Below are positions 51,641-64,000 of a DNA stretch of 64,000 nt, one piece after another. The translations under genes and the position numbers were made by a program. Each line of letters begins with the position of its first letter. Position 1 is the stretch's first letter. Origin of the DNA: Octopus sinensis (Eukaryota). The stretch is taken from assembly GCF_006345805.1 (NCBI RefSeq), contig NC_043010.1, positions 63,860,001-63,924,000 on the forward strand. The letters are read 5' to 3'. The notes under the pieces were generated by a model that saw only the letters and a list, made by a program, of their open reading frames with translations, did no database searches and was not told the origin of the DNA.

Positions 51641-51859
51641 AAAAATGTCAAAATATTTTTTGTTTGTTTGTTTGAAATCGAACTTATCAACCAGTTCGGC
51701 ATCACTAGAGATTTCTGAACCCTTCACCATCCAATTTTGGATGATCAGAAAATTCAGAAAAATGGATATTTTTAAATGAAAATTTTTACAAATATGTGTT
51801 ATATCAGGTAGATTCCGAATATACAAAATTTTGGGGGTGGGGGAGTGTTTTGGGAGGGG

Positions 51860-52985
51860 AATTTCGGAAAATTCACCGTCTTAACCTTCAAGAAAATGGA
51901 TATTTTTTAATGAAATTTTCGACAAATATACCGAGGACATAGGGATTTTGAGGGAAAACAATTGGGGGTTAGTTTTGAGAACTGTTCCCCATCCGGAGGT
52001 GTTTCGGAACAAGTCCATATTTGTTTCATTTTCTCCGTTTTGTGCGTTTGTGCATCTGTAGATTTCTACTGAGCAACAAACAGGCATCGTTGTGCTAAAA
52101 ATAACAGCTAAAAGTCTGGTACACAGAAATATGGTATTAAGACGGGTTCTTTTCACTTTAGGTAAATTCCCAGGTAATCATTTCAAAGAGAAAGGCAAAA
52201 GAAATAAGGAATGTACACACATACATATAGAAGTGTTTACATGCACAGATTTTTTAATTAATTTTTTAAACTAAAGACTTTGAAACTTCGCATACTTGTA
52301 GAATGTGTCACGTAGAAGAGGTTTACTCTTAACGTTTTTGACAAAATTTTGTATTTCAAAAGATATTTCATGTTAAATTTGTCGTATTTGGGTAATTTTA
52401 ACCAATCAATGACGTGTATTCAGCTGAAGAAAATTACTGCGGCTGTTTGCGAACAACGTCCGGGTCCATTGACAATACGTAACACTTTCTACCAGTATGC
52501 GAAGTTTCAAATTGTTAAGTTTTTTAAAAAAAATGATAATAATTAAAAATTTGTGCATGAGATAGAATAGATCCCATAATCTGTATTGAATGAAATAATT
52601 CCCCGTTTGAATTTTTTAAATTGTCCGACGAACGGGAACGTGAAACTCTGAGTAACAGTTTTTGTGATATTTCTGCTGCTTTTCAATAAAATATATGAAT
52701 CTGTGTGTGTGTGTGTGTGTGTAGAAATCTACGGATGCACAAACGCACAGAACGGAGAAAATAAAACAAATCTGCTTTAAACAAAGCAAAAATATAGACG
52801 ACTTGTTCCGAAATACCCCTGAGTAGGGAACGGTTCTCAAAAATAACCCCAAATTGTTTTCTTCCTAAAATTCCTATATCCTCGAAATCTATATAGTCCG
52901 AGGTATATTTGTAGAGAATTTCATTAAAAAATAGTCATTTTCTTGAAAGTTAAGACGAATTGAAGTGAACTCCGTTGAATTTTCC
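51860..52985. mobile_element. Large foldback element, copy A
   Basis: Inverted arms of about 220-260 bp (51860-52070 and 52720-52985); the central sequence is shared with 54345-55425. Confidence 0.65.
52618..52661 (+). ncRNA. Minimal type-I hammerhead ribozyme motif (variant core CCGACGA), sense in the intron of paralogue 3
   Basis: Stem I AAATTGT/ACAGTTT; core CCGACGA; stem II ACG-GGAA-CGT; GAAA; stem III ACTC-T-GAGT; GUA cleavage site after 52654. Confidence 0.65.
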
Positions 52986-53541
52986 AAAATTCCCTACCCA
53001 CCCTCCTAAAAAAACTTTCCCGCCAAAATTTTGCATATTCGGAATCTCCATGATATAACACATATTCGTAGAAAATTTCATTAAAAAATATCCGTTTTTC
53101 TTAAAGTTATGATCATCCAAATTCGGGGTGCAGAAACCTGTAGTTATCCCGGGAACTTTTTTAACCAATTAACCCAAAATATATTTGCACCGACGTTACC
53201 CCTTTGATTTGAAAGGAAGAAAGTCATAGATTCCTTGAATTCAAAAGTTTTATTGAATCTATTTATACGGAGAATACGGGTACCGAGAATACGATTATAA
53301 ATATAAAAAGTATAAAACAAACGCAATTAAATACATTAATATCCTCATTATGAAGCATGAGGATTTTTCTAGAAACTTTTTCAATTCAGGTTTTGGAGAT
53401 ATGACGTTGGGGCATTTTGATGCCAGACTAATTTGGATAGTCTTCGGGCTCCCGTCAATTTGCTGAAAGGGTTGAATTGAATAACAACCTAAATCCACTT
53501 TAAACAAAGCAAAAACACGTGTCAAAAAAAGAAAAAAGTTA

Positions 53542-54210
53542 AGGCGCAGGATTGGCTGTGTGGTAAGTAGCTTGCTAACCAACCACATGGTTCCGGGTTC
53601 AGTCCCACTGCGTGGCATCTTGGGCAAGTGTCTTCTTGCTACAGCCCCGGGCCGACCAATGTCTTGTGAGTAGATTTTGTGTAGAGACGGAACTGAAAGA
53701 AGCCTGTCGTATATATGTATAAATATTTATATGTATGTGTGTCTGTGTTTGTCCCCCTAGCATTGCTTCACAACCAATGCTGGTGTGTTTACGTCCCCAT
53801 CATTTAGCGGTTCGGCAAAAGAGACCGATAGAATAAGTACTGGGCTTACAAAGAATAAGTCCCGGGGTCAATTTGCTCGACTAAAGGCGGTGCTCCAGCA
53901 TGGCTGCTATAGCCCCGAGCCAACCAATGCTTTGTGAGTGGATTTGGTAGACGGAAACTGAAAGAAGCCTGTCGTATATATGCATATATATATATGTGTG
54001 TGTGTGTGTTTGTGTGTCTGTGTTTGTCCCTCTAGCATTGCTTGACAACCGATGCTGGTGTGTTTACGTCCCCGTCACTTAGCGGTTCGGCAAAAGAGAC
54101 CGATAGAATAAGTACTGGGCTTACTAAGTCCCGGGGTCGAATTGCTCGATTAAAGGCGGTGCTCCAGCATGGCCGCAGTCAAATGACTGAAACAAGTAAA
54201 AGAGAAAAGA
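53542..54210 (+). mobile_element. Dimeric family A SINE (full copy fused to a 5'-truncated copy)
   Basis: The second unit restarts at CTATAGCCCCGAGCC (about 53907), before the first copy's tail. Confidence 0.8.
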
Positions 54211-54344
54211 GTTAGAGAGTGGGTAATAAACTACTGATAAATAATATCTGTTTAGTCATGTGATAACTCCTTAGCAACCAAATTGTTTGTAATTCAAAAT
54301 GACACGACTCACCTAACACGTCCATTACATTGGATTGATTTAGA

Positions 54345-55425
54345 AAATTCACCGGAGTCAAATTCAATTCGTCTTAACTTTCAAGAAAATGCATGTTTTT
54401 TAATGAAATTCTCTACAAATATACCTCGGACTATGTATATTCCGAGGACATAGAAATTTTGGGGGAGAACAATTGGGGGGTTATATATGAGAACTGTTCC
54501 CCACTGGGGGTTGTTTCGGAACAAGTCCATATTTGTTTCATTTACTCAATTTTGTGCGTTTGTGCATCCGTAGATTTCTACTGAAGCAACAAACAGGCAA
54601 TGAAGGTAAATGAAGCCCTCACCAGAAAACTCGTTGTGCTAAAAATAACAGCTAAAGGTCTGGTACACAGAAATATGGTATTAAGACGACTTATCCTTTT
54701 CTAAACGTTTATAATAGAAAGGCAGACGATACCAGAAGCAAAAATAAGGAATATACACGCACAGTTATATATAGTAGTGTAAAGTATAATTTGTTACATA
54801 ATTTCTATAATAAACTTGATACTGAATGGAATAATTCCCTGTTTGAACTTTTTTTGGCGATCTTTCGTCTCTAGTAGACATTTCCGTCGATTTCCGTAAA
54901 AAAATTTCTTATTTTTACATATGAGCTTGCGGGAACTTTTGAATGAGAGCGAAAGAGACTAAGAGAAAGCGATTGTATGACGAGGGAAATTCTTTTGAAG
55001 TTACCGTGCATGGGAGCATTGATGGACATGTGTGTGTGTGTGTGTGTGTGTTTGATGGGGTGTGGGAGACAGACAGTATGTTGTGTAAGTGAAGTGCTTC
55101 TGTTAGTGTGTGTGAAAGAAAGAGATAACTGAAATTTTTTACTCGGTGTATGTGTATATGTATGTATATTACTTCAAAAGTTCCCGCAAGCCCATATGTA
55201 AAAAAAAAAAAAATTTTTACGGAAATCGACGGAAAGGTCTACTAGAGACGAAAGATTGCCCTTTTTTTTAATTACGTGTGTGTGTGTGTGTGCGTGAAGA
55301 AATCTACGGATGCACAAATGCGTAAAACAGAAAATGAAACAAATGTGGACGACTTGTTCCGAAACACCCCCGAGTGGGGAAAATTTCGTTAAAAAATATC
55401 CATTTTTCTGAAAGTTATGATCATC
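54345..55425. mobile_element. Large foldback element, copy B
   Basis: Same arms and centre as copy A; lacks the hammerhead segment and carries a MITE at that position. Confidence 0.65.
54856..55260. mobile_element. MITE with ~90-bp TIRs and 8-bp TSD
   Basis: GGCGATCTTTCGTCTCTAGTAGAC...GTCTACTAGAGACGAAAGATTGCC; TSD CTTTTTTT at 54848-54855 and 55261-55268. Confidence 0.8.
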
Positions 55426-55984
55426 CCAAATCGGAGGTGGGGGCAGAAATCTGTAGTTATGTCCACGTTTTTTTGTTTTTTTTTTTATATAATTTCATTT
55501 ATGCGTAATAGGTCCTCATTACTTCTCCAAGAATTTCACTTTTACCCCTCTAGGGGTAATTTTCTTCGGTTCGCCGACCCCGGCACTAGATTAATAAATG
55601 CCAAGTATAATGGTTTATTCTTAGGTAAATGCTTCTCTTACCTGACTATGAAAATAGCATCAGTACTGCTTTTCCCTGGTACGAAGTCAAATTGCATATC
55701 ATCTCGCCTACTTGTGCTCCTAATTAATTGGGGTGTAACTCTGAAATTTTCTTCACCTGGTCCAGAAGTTTGATGCCTCTGCGGTTGCTTCGGTCTAAGA
55801 CATCTCTTTTACTCGTGTAGCTGTGAATTGTACAGTGAATAAGGGGACATAACTATGGCCATACATTTAAAAATGAATTTTTTATGAATCGAATTGAAAT
55901 AAAATATATGATAAATGAAAATAAAATTAATTGAAATAAAATATATGAATAAATGGAAATAAAATTAATTAAAATAAAATATAT

Positions 55985-56375
55985 GGCGCAGGAGTGGCTG
56001 TGTGGTAAGTAGCTTGTTTACCAACCACATGGTTCCGGGTTCAGTCCCACTGCGTGGCATCTTGGGCAAGTCTCTTCTGCTACAGCCCCGGGCCGACCAA
56101 TGCCTTGTGAGTAGATTTGGTAGACGGAAACTGAAAGAAGCCTGTCGTATATATGTATAAATATTTATATATATGTGTGTCCGTGTTTGTCCCCCTAGCA
56201 TTGCTTCACAACCGATGCTGGTGTGTTTACGTCCCCATCATTTAGCGGTTCGGCAAAAGAGACCGATAGAATAAGTACTGGGCTTACAAAGAATAAGTCC
56301 CGGGGTCAATTTGCTCGACTAAAGGCGGTGCTCCAGCATGGCTGCAGTCAAAATGACTGCAACAAGTAAAAGAGA
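55985..56375 (+). mobile_element. Family A SINE inserted in a ~35-bp AT-rich tandem repeat
   Basis: AAATGAAAATAAAATTAATTGAAATAAAA units on both sides. Confidence 0.8.
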
Positions 56376-58265
56376 GAGAAAGAGAATAAATGAAAATAAA
56401 ATTAATTGAAATAAAAGTAAAGAAGTGACATTATAGTTTAAGCTGTAATAAAGGCTATAGGTGGCTACATTAAATACATCTTAGGCTGGGCTAACTGCTC
56501 CAGGAATTCCATTCATTTCCCAGCTCAAAGAGGTGAGCTTCATCCTATGCTCAGGTCAAGGCATAGAACGTAACCCCAACGGGGCCTGACAGCATATGCT
56601 GGTTTACCCCCACCGCATCATGCTGGTTCCATGCCCTTTTGAGCAACAATCAAATTCACCCATCCGTCCACTAACACTCTCCAAGCTTTCCTATCATTTA
56701 TAAACTCTCTTGCCCCAGTACTAGGGTGAGATCAGGTGCTAACCATCTCTGACCCCCTTATCTTTTTCTTGTTGTCTTTTTAGGAATATGAAATTCTAGG
56801 AGGAGTGGATTCTCAGTCCCTTCACTCCCGCCCCTTTTAGCCACCTCTTACGCCACGCAGGGAATATGGAGACTGCCTTCTACCTGTCCCCAGTCACAGC
56901 TGTAGGTAGTTATCTATACTAAATATTATATTATATACATTTAAAACCTTAATAACTGCTATAGATAGATACATAAGATATTTTATGTATTCTGTAAATT
57001 CTTTTATTTCAGTCATTTGACTGTGGCCATTATGCACCACTTCGAAAGATTTTAGTCAAACAAATCGACACCAGGACTTATTTTTTAAGCCTAGTACTAG
57101 GTTCTATCAGTCTCTTTTGCTGAACTGCTAAGTTTTTGGGGACATAAACACACCAACATCGGTTGTCAAGCAGTGATGGCGGAACAAATACAGATACATG
57201 CACACACACACACACACGACGAGCTTCTTTCAGTTTCTGTCTACCAAATCCACTCATAAGGCTTTGGTCAGCCTGGGGCTATAGTAAAATAGACTTGCCC
57301 ATGGTGTCACACAGTGGGACTGAACCCAGAACCATGTGGTTGGGAAGCAAGCTTCTTGCCATAGAGTTGTCTTATTTTTGTTTCAAAACTTTTTGCTGAT
57401 GAATTAAAAAATTTTCCCAGCAATGTTTTTTTAAAAAATTTTTTTACCCAAGAAAATCATGCGAGAAATGCCAGTGCCCATGGCCTCTGTATGTTCTGTT
57501 GGACTGGTGACATTGATGCAGTGAATTATCAGCTTCAACCTCAGTAGATCAAAGCTTGTGAGAAAGGAACCCAAGAGGACTGAAGTCCGAGAGTAAAAAA
57601 TTGGGTGGAGTGTCATGGATGGAATCTGGTTGGTGAGACACTGTTTTGGTGGTTGATGAGGAAAAATGGAATGTGGAAGTCTAGGTGCAGAGGATGCTGT
57701 GTGGGTCACTTTGCAGTTAATTGGTTCTAGGTTCAATTTCACTGCATGGCACCTTGGGTTAGTGTCTTCTATTGCAGCATTGATTTGATAAAGATTTTTG
57801 AAGAGGAGGTTTGTTACACGGAAAATCTGTGGCAGGCCTCTAAACAGACTGTTTCTGATTATTGATGGCAGGCTAAATATGCTGCCTGATTTTAAACATT
57901 ATTTAATCCTATGTATTTTTAGATGACACTTTGTTGTAAATATTCAGATCAGGTCTTCAGTCAACTTTTCCTTTTCTTTCAACCAGTCGTTTCTAACTGA
58001 CCAAATGGTGCAAAGAACATAGGTACAGTAGTGGCTGTGTGGTAAGAAGCTTGCTTCTCAAGAATATAGTTCTGGGGCAACTTGGCAAGTGTCTTCTAAT
58101 ATAGTCTTGGACTGACAAAAGTCTCCTGAGTAATTTTGCTTGATGGAAACCGAAAGAACACTGTCTGTGTTTGTCCCCCACCACTACTTGACAACCGATG
58201 TTAGTGTGCTTACATCCCTGTAACTTAGTAGCTTAGCAAAAGAAACTGATAGAAGTATCAAGCTT

Positions 58266-58297
<32 letters not shown>

Positions 58298-58879
58298 GTT
58301 TAACATCCGCTTTCCATGCTATCATGGGTTGGACAATTTTGACTGAGGGCTGGCAAACCAGATGGCTGCACCAGGCTCCAATCTTGATTTGGCAGAGTTT
58401 CTACAGCTGGATGCCCTTCCTAACGCCAACCACTCTGAGAGTGTAGTGGGTGCTTTTTACGTGCCACCGGCATGGGGGTCAGTCAGGCAGTACTGGAAAC
58501 GACCTTGCTCGAATCTTTTTACACATGCCACCAGCACAGGTGCCAGTAAGGCGACGTTGGTAACGGTCACGCTCGAATGGTGCCCTTTTACCTGCCACTG
58601 GCACGGAAGCCAGTTGGGTGCTCTGGCAACGATCACGCTCGGATGGTGCTCTTGGCACCCTACTAGCATCGGTACAAGTGCCAATAAGGCGAAATTAAAA
58701 AAATAATAAGTACTGGGTTTGCTCCAGTTGTCTAAAACTTCTTGGCTGTAGTCAAATGACTGAAATAAGTCATTGTAGTGGTAAGTGAATAGGAGAGGAA
58801 ACAATATGGCAATACAAATGATAAGAAGAAGAAATGGTCTGTAAGTTCATTGTTGTGGTATGATGGTGATTGACTCTTG

Positions 58880-59238
58880 AAACAGAGAAGAAACGGTATG
58901 TCCGTAAGCGGAAAGTGTAACCTCTCGAAAGAGCTGTTCTTCACTCCTGCTCCAGAGCGTCGGCTGCGGGGTCATTCCGAAAAGCTCTATCTGCGACGAT
59001 TTCATCTCAATCGAAGGAGAGGGGCTTTCTCCGTTCGGGTTACGGATCCGTGGAGTAAGCTGCCAGACGAGATGGTGAAGATGCCGATGACCGCTCGGTT
59101 CAAAGTCTCCCTTGACCTCAAGTGGCCTGAACTCTTTACATGAACACCACCCTGTACATAACTCCATGTCCCCCTACATGGCCTTGCTTTTTGCTTTTTG
59201 AGCCAAAAAATTAACTAACTAACTAACTAACTAACTAA
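58880..59238 (+). mobile_element. 3' end of a CR1/L2-type LINE with a (CTAA)n tail
   Basis: 'RGHSEKL...RRRGAFSVRVTDPWSKLP...FKVSLD' is the typical ORF2 C-terminus; tandem tail at 59213-59238. Confidence 0.8.
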
Positions 59239-59470
59239 GGCTGAAGTATGTTGATGAATAAATAAATCTTTGCCAGTCAGTTTAATGATGTTTGTTTGGA
59301 TACAGTTGAAGGTGTTTATGTTGTAGCAACAATACTATAATCCTGTATTTGTGTGCTGTGCTACTATGTGGAGTTTATTTGGATGTAGAAGTTAATCTAC
59401 ATTAAATACATTAAGATTATGCACTTAAGTAAAAACTGTTTAATTATCTTTGAAATTTCTTTTGTTTCAG

Positions 59471-60056
59471 AACATTCGAGTTTAATGCTTACAGAGTAGA
59501 ACTAAACAAGGAAAAGCTTACCAAAGATCTTGATGATGTTGAGATGAATAATTTAGTTGATCACCTGATTTCCAAAGGGATATTATATCGTGAATTTGAA
59601 AAACCTGGGGAGAAATTCAAGAAAAAAGTAATTGATATCATTTTGAGGAAAATTAAAGAAGATGACAGAGGTGAAAAAACAAAAACATATGTCGTGCTTC
59701 AAGAGTTCCTTCAGAAAAATGATAGAACAAAACACATTAGTGTTTATTTGGAAAAGTCACCAGGTATAGACCCAGTGATTGCCAATTGTTTCACAGCAGC
59801 CAAAAAGATCTCCCTCGATGGTGATTTATTGCAAAAGATTTTGGTAACTATTTCTGGTAATTGGAAGGGAGTTCTGGAAGCACTTGATATTAAGGACCAA
59901 GACTATGATAAGAATCTTGCTTTTAAAATGTGGTTCAATAGTAAAGGCTACAAAGACGGTGAGCTGCTGACTCTCTTGAAGGCACTTTATCATTCAAAGG
60001 ATTGTTCTGTTGATTGGAAGTTAATGGAATCTCACTTAATAAAACATCTCCGCTAG
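59471..60056 (+). CDS. CARD + death-domain paralogue 3, coding exon 2 (200 aa in total)
   Basis: TTTGTTTCAG| acceptor; an in-frame TGA at 59451 with no ATG shows an upstream exon is needed. 'FEFNAYRVELNKEKLTKDLDDVEMNNLVDHLISKG' and 'ISGNWKGVLEAL...FKMWF...LLTLLKAL' align with paralogues 1 and 2. Confidence 0.85.
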
Positions 60057-61144
60057 CTGGTTAATCCCTTCTTGGTGTTAAAAAATCGCAGTAAAGTTCA
60101 TTCAAATGGAACAGCCATTTTGAAGTAGTTACAAACATTACTTACTAGACCCGATAAGCCAAATGAGACCATAACATTCAGAGCAGCAGCTTTTCGCTTA
60201 TTTTAGCTGTTAATAAGGTAACTGAGGAGGTACAGATTAAAATTAAAAACAAGTAATAATAATACTATGTAAGCTAATTGATGACTGTCAAGTTAATTAA
60301 TTAATTAATCAAATAATTAATTCATTCATTCAAGTATGCATGTGTAGTGGATTCGATCCACCACAGTCAAATTTAAATTAACACGGCAACAGAACTTTTC
60401 CCACGGTGGAACAATGGTTTTTCTCTGACAGCAGTTTTACATTTTCCAGATGCCTTCAGCTAGGCCCGAAATAATGTCTTCACCACTTGACCCTTTCTAA
60501 CCTCTTCTACAACCAAAACAACCAAAAGATAGAATATAAACAACCAAAAGATAGAATAGAGATAACAAGACCACCAACTAAATCTATTGTTCTCAATGAT
60601 ATATCTATCCTTCTGGATACTTATAAAAATAAACACACCCCAAGTTGGTGACGACTCAACCAAGTAGTCACTTTGGTGACGATGAAGTCTGGCTGACCAG
60701 CTAGAACCTTGGTCAGAGGGAGAAATGAAGTTTACTCTCAGCAACTGTGAGACAACACCATACAATTCCATCAAGCTTTAATTCTGTTCTCTTACAACAT
60801 CATTCTATCGCTATCTGTGGATTACTAGTAACTATTCGTATATGCCGAACTATGTAAAGAAACATTCTACTGCATCTAACTTTCTTTCGTATGCTTTTGA
60901 ATTTATCATAACCTGTCCGTTGAGGCAAGGTATTGTAACGTAACGGTAAATAAATGTTTCCTTAAAACTTCATGCATTGTTCATCTTTTACATCCTACAG
61001 TATGCGATTATAACAACAAATTTTTATCATTACAACTGCTGACTCCGACATTTCATCATATTGTTTCAAATCAATATCTCCCGCTACAATTGGTGACCCT
61101 CAACTTCAACTAAAAAACTTTATCGTTACACATGCATATATATA

Positions 61145-62485
61145 GGCGCAGGAGTGGCTGTGTGGTAAGTAGCTTGTTTACCAACCACATGGTTCCGGGT
61201 TCAGTCCCACTGCGTTGCACCTTGGGCAAGTGTTTTCTACTATAGCCTCGGGCCGACCAAAGTCTTGTGAGTGGATTTGGTAGACGGAAACTGAAAGAAG
61301 CCCGTCGTATATATGTATATATATATATATATGTGTGTGTGTTTGTGCGTCTGTGTTTGTCCCCCTAGCATTGCTTGACAACCGATGCTGGTGTGTTTAT
61401 GTTCCCGTTACTTAGCGGTTTGGCAAAAGAGACCGATAGAATAAGTACTGGGCTTACAAAAGTCCCGGGGTCGAGTTGCTCGATTAAAGGCGGTGCTCCA
61501 GCATGGCCGCAATCAAATGACTGAAACAAGTAAAAGAGTATACATACATACATACATACATTAGGGCAGTTGACAGGCAGAATTGTTGAAGCATTGAACA
61601 AATACGTTGCGATATTTGTTCTGGTTTTCCATTTTCTGAGTTCAAATCTCACCAATGTCGACTTTGTGGTAATTGTTACAGTTCTTTATGTTCTGAGTTC
61701 AGATCTCGCCGAGGTCAACAGTACTTTTCATCAGTTCAGGGTCAATAAATAAAGTACCAGTCCTGCAAGGGAGTTGATTCTTCTCTTTCCGGTTACTTTG
61801 GCTTTTTCTTTTCTAGAAGAAATTGACTCTGGACAGGCCAGGAGAAGGACAGCCTCTGTTCGGCCTAAAATTGCTTAAGACATGCCATATGTTGTAACAG
61901 TGACCTCAAGGCTCCAGCCAGGTCCTGCCTGATTGCATTGTCTTGTAAGGAGCACCTAGGATTACTTAAGACTAATGACCCCACTGTAATTTATCCAATG
62001 GCTAAATCCTGAGTTTGCTTCGATGGATTACAATTAGTTTACCAAGTGCATTTAATCTAATTACAATGAATAGAAATTTAGTATATCTACTCTTTCTCTC
62101 TTTTACTCTTTTACTTGTTTCAGTCATTTGACTGCGGCCATGCTGGAGCACCGCCTTGAGTCGATCAAATCGACCCCGGGACTTATTCTTTGTAAGCCCA
62201 GTACTTATTCTATCGGTCTCTTTTTGCCGAACCGCTAAATGACGGGGACGTAAACACACCAGCATCGGTTGTCAAGCAATGCTAGGGGAACAAACACAGA
62301 CACACATATATATATATATACATATATACGACAGGCTTCTTTCAGTTTCCGTCTACCAAATCCACTCACAAGGCATTGGTCGGCCCGGGGCTGTAGCAGA
62401 AGACACTTGCCCAAGATGCCACGCAGTGGGACTGAACCCGGAACCATGTGGTTGGTTAGCAAGCTGCTTACCACACAGCCACTCT
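61145..62485. mobile_element. Inverted pair of young family A SINEs (61145-61540 plus, 62092-62485 minus)
   Basis: Both are near-consensus and face each other across about 550 bp. Confidence 0.8.
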
Positions 62486-62789
62486 GCACATTTTTCTTTC
62501 TTTTTTTTTTATTTATACTTTGAATAAACATCCATGGACGGACCTTAAATAAAGTTGCAAAGATTGCTAACCAGTTGAATGTAGCTTGATGTAAATGCAA
62601 TTGTTAGCTTTCTGTGCATTAGGAAACGTACACTGGACAAATTTGAACCAAATAAGCTGAATAACTGACTGCAGGAATAGAAAAAAAATATGCAGATGCA
62701 CCAACCCACTCACTGTATTCGTTGTAATTACCTTAACACACACACACACACACAAATTAATAAAAACAGCCAAGTGCAATGTACATATA

Positions 62790-62818
62790 TTCATATATGT
62801 GTAATGTTTATATATATA

Positions 62819-62869
<51 letters not shown>

Positions 62870-62902
62870 ATATATATATGTATATATATATATGTATGTA
62901 TA

Positions 62903-62943
<41 letters not shown>

Positions 62944-63073
62944 ATATATATGTGTATATATATATGTGTATATATATATGTGTATATATATGTTATATAT
63001 ATATGTGTATATGTATATATATATATGTTATATATATATATATATATGTTATATATATATGTATATATATGTG

Positions 63074-63104
<31 letters not shown>

Positions 63105-63126
63105 GTATATATATATGTTATATATA

Positions 63127-63175
<49 letters not shown>

Positions 63176-63215
63176 ATATATATATATGTGTATATATATA
63201 TGTATATATTATGTG

Positions 63216-63248
<33 letters not shown>

Positions 63249-63389
63249 ATATATATATGTGTATATATATTGTGTATATATATATGTGTATATATATGTA
63301 TATATATATGTGTATATGTATATATATATATGTGTATATATATATGTGTATATATGTATATATAATATGTATATATATATGTGTGTGTG

Positions 63390-63420
<31 letters not shown>

Positions 63421-63433
63421 GTATATATATATG

Positions 63434-63464
<31 letters not shown>

Positions 63465-63492
63465 GTGTATATGTATATATATATATTTATGT

Positions 63493-63578
<86 letters not shown>

Positions 63579-63612
63579 CATGCGCACACGCATATATATA
63601 TGTGTATGTATG
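62790..63612. repeat. Compound (TA)n/(TG)n microsatellite
   Basis: About 820 bp of low-complexity dinucleotide sequence. Confidence 0.97.
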
Positions 63613-64000
63613 TAGGTGTGAGGGAGAGAGAGAGCGAGCGAGGGCGTAAACTTGTATTACTGCTCTCAGCCGGTTTGAAGAAGGAATGGTAGAGTGTGTT
63701 ATCCAGAACAGTCGTTGTCATGGCTACGCATGTACCTCCCTCCCTCCTCACTCCTCCCGCCACCCCCACCCCCACCCCGAATGTTCCAGTCCTTGCAAGT
63801 CAAGGAAGGAAGGAAGAGGCGGAGGAGGGGGGCAGTGATGGAGGAGAGAAAGAGAGATGAAGTAGAATTAGGTGATTTAAACAAACGCCTTCACTGTATG
63901 TATTTCAGACATGTCTGTCTGTCTGTCTGTCTGTCTGTTTTTCTTGGTTGAATGTAGTGGTGGTGGTGGTGATGGTGGTTGTGGTAGAGGGGATAGAGAA

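Noticed and set aside
60460-60900. Minus-strand ORF of 104 aa or a possible viral remnant
   Set aside because: No motif recognised; neighbouring frames have many stops.
62690-63775. Long Y/I/C/V-rich ORFs of 167-319 aa
   Set aside because: Translation artefacts of the (TA)n/(TG)n microsatellite.

Overview
Eukaryotic, AT-rich and repeat-dense DNA. The SINE families and microsatellites suggest a coleoid cephalopod, most likely Octopus (inference). Four protein-coding genes can be reconstructed by hand. (1) A complete uroporphyrinogen-III synthase (UROS/HemD) on the minus strand: 8 coding exons from 36944 to 18262, all GT-AG and phase-compatible, 263 aa, with a probable non-coding first exon near 48.4 kb. 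(2-4) Three divergent paralogues with CARD + death-domain (RAIDD/CRADD-like) architecture. Two have intronless CDSs and sit head-to-head just 3' of UROS (4577-5269 minus, 8410-9057 plus). The third is spliced (49536-49552 + 59471-60056, plus) and is probably head-to-head with UROS. The last UROS exon, with its acceptor and poly(A) signal, is duplicated 15.7 kb downstream (2592-2711), and a solo LTR distinguishes the two copies. The rest is transposon-derived: degenerate Tigger, RTE, R4/Dong-like and CR1-like LINE remnants, three abundant SINE-like families, non-autonomous Helitrons and several MITE families with readable TSDs. It also holds Penelope-type minimal hammerhead-ribozyme motifs, one forming a 219-bp near-perfect palindrome. 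All calls come from manual reading with no database searches, and repeat boundaries are approximate unless a TSD is quoted.
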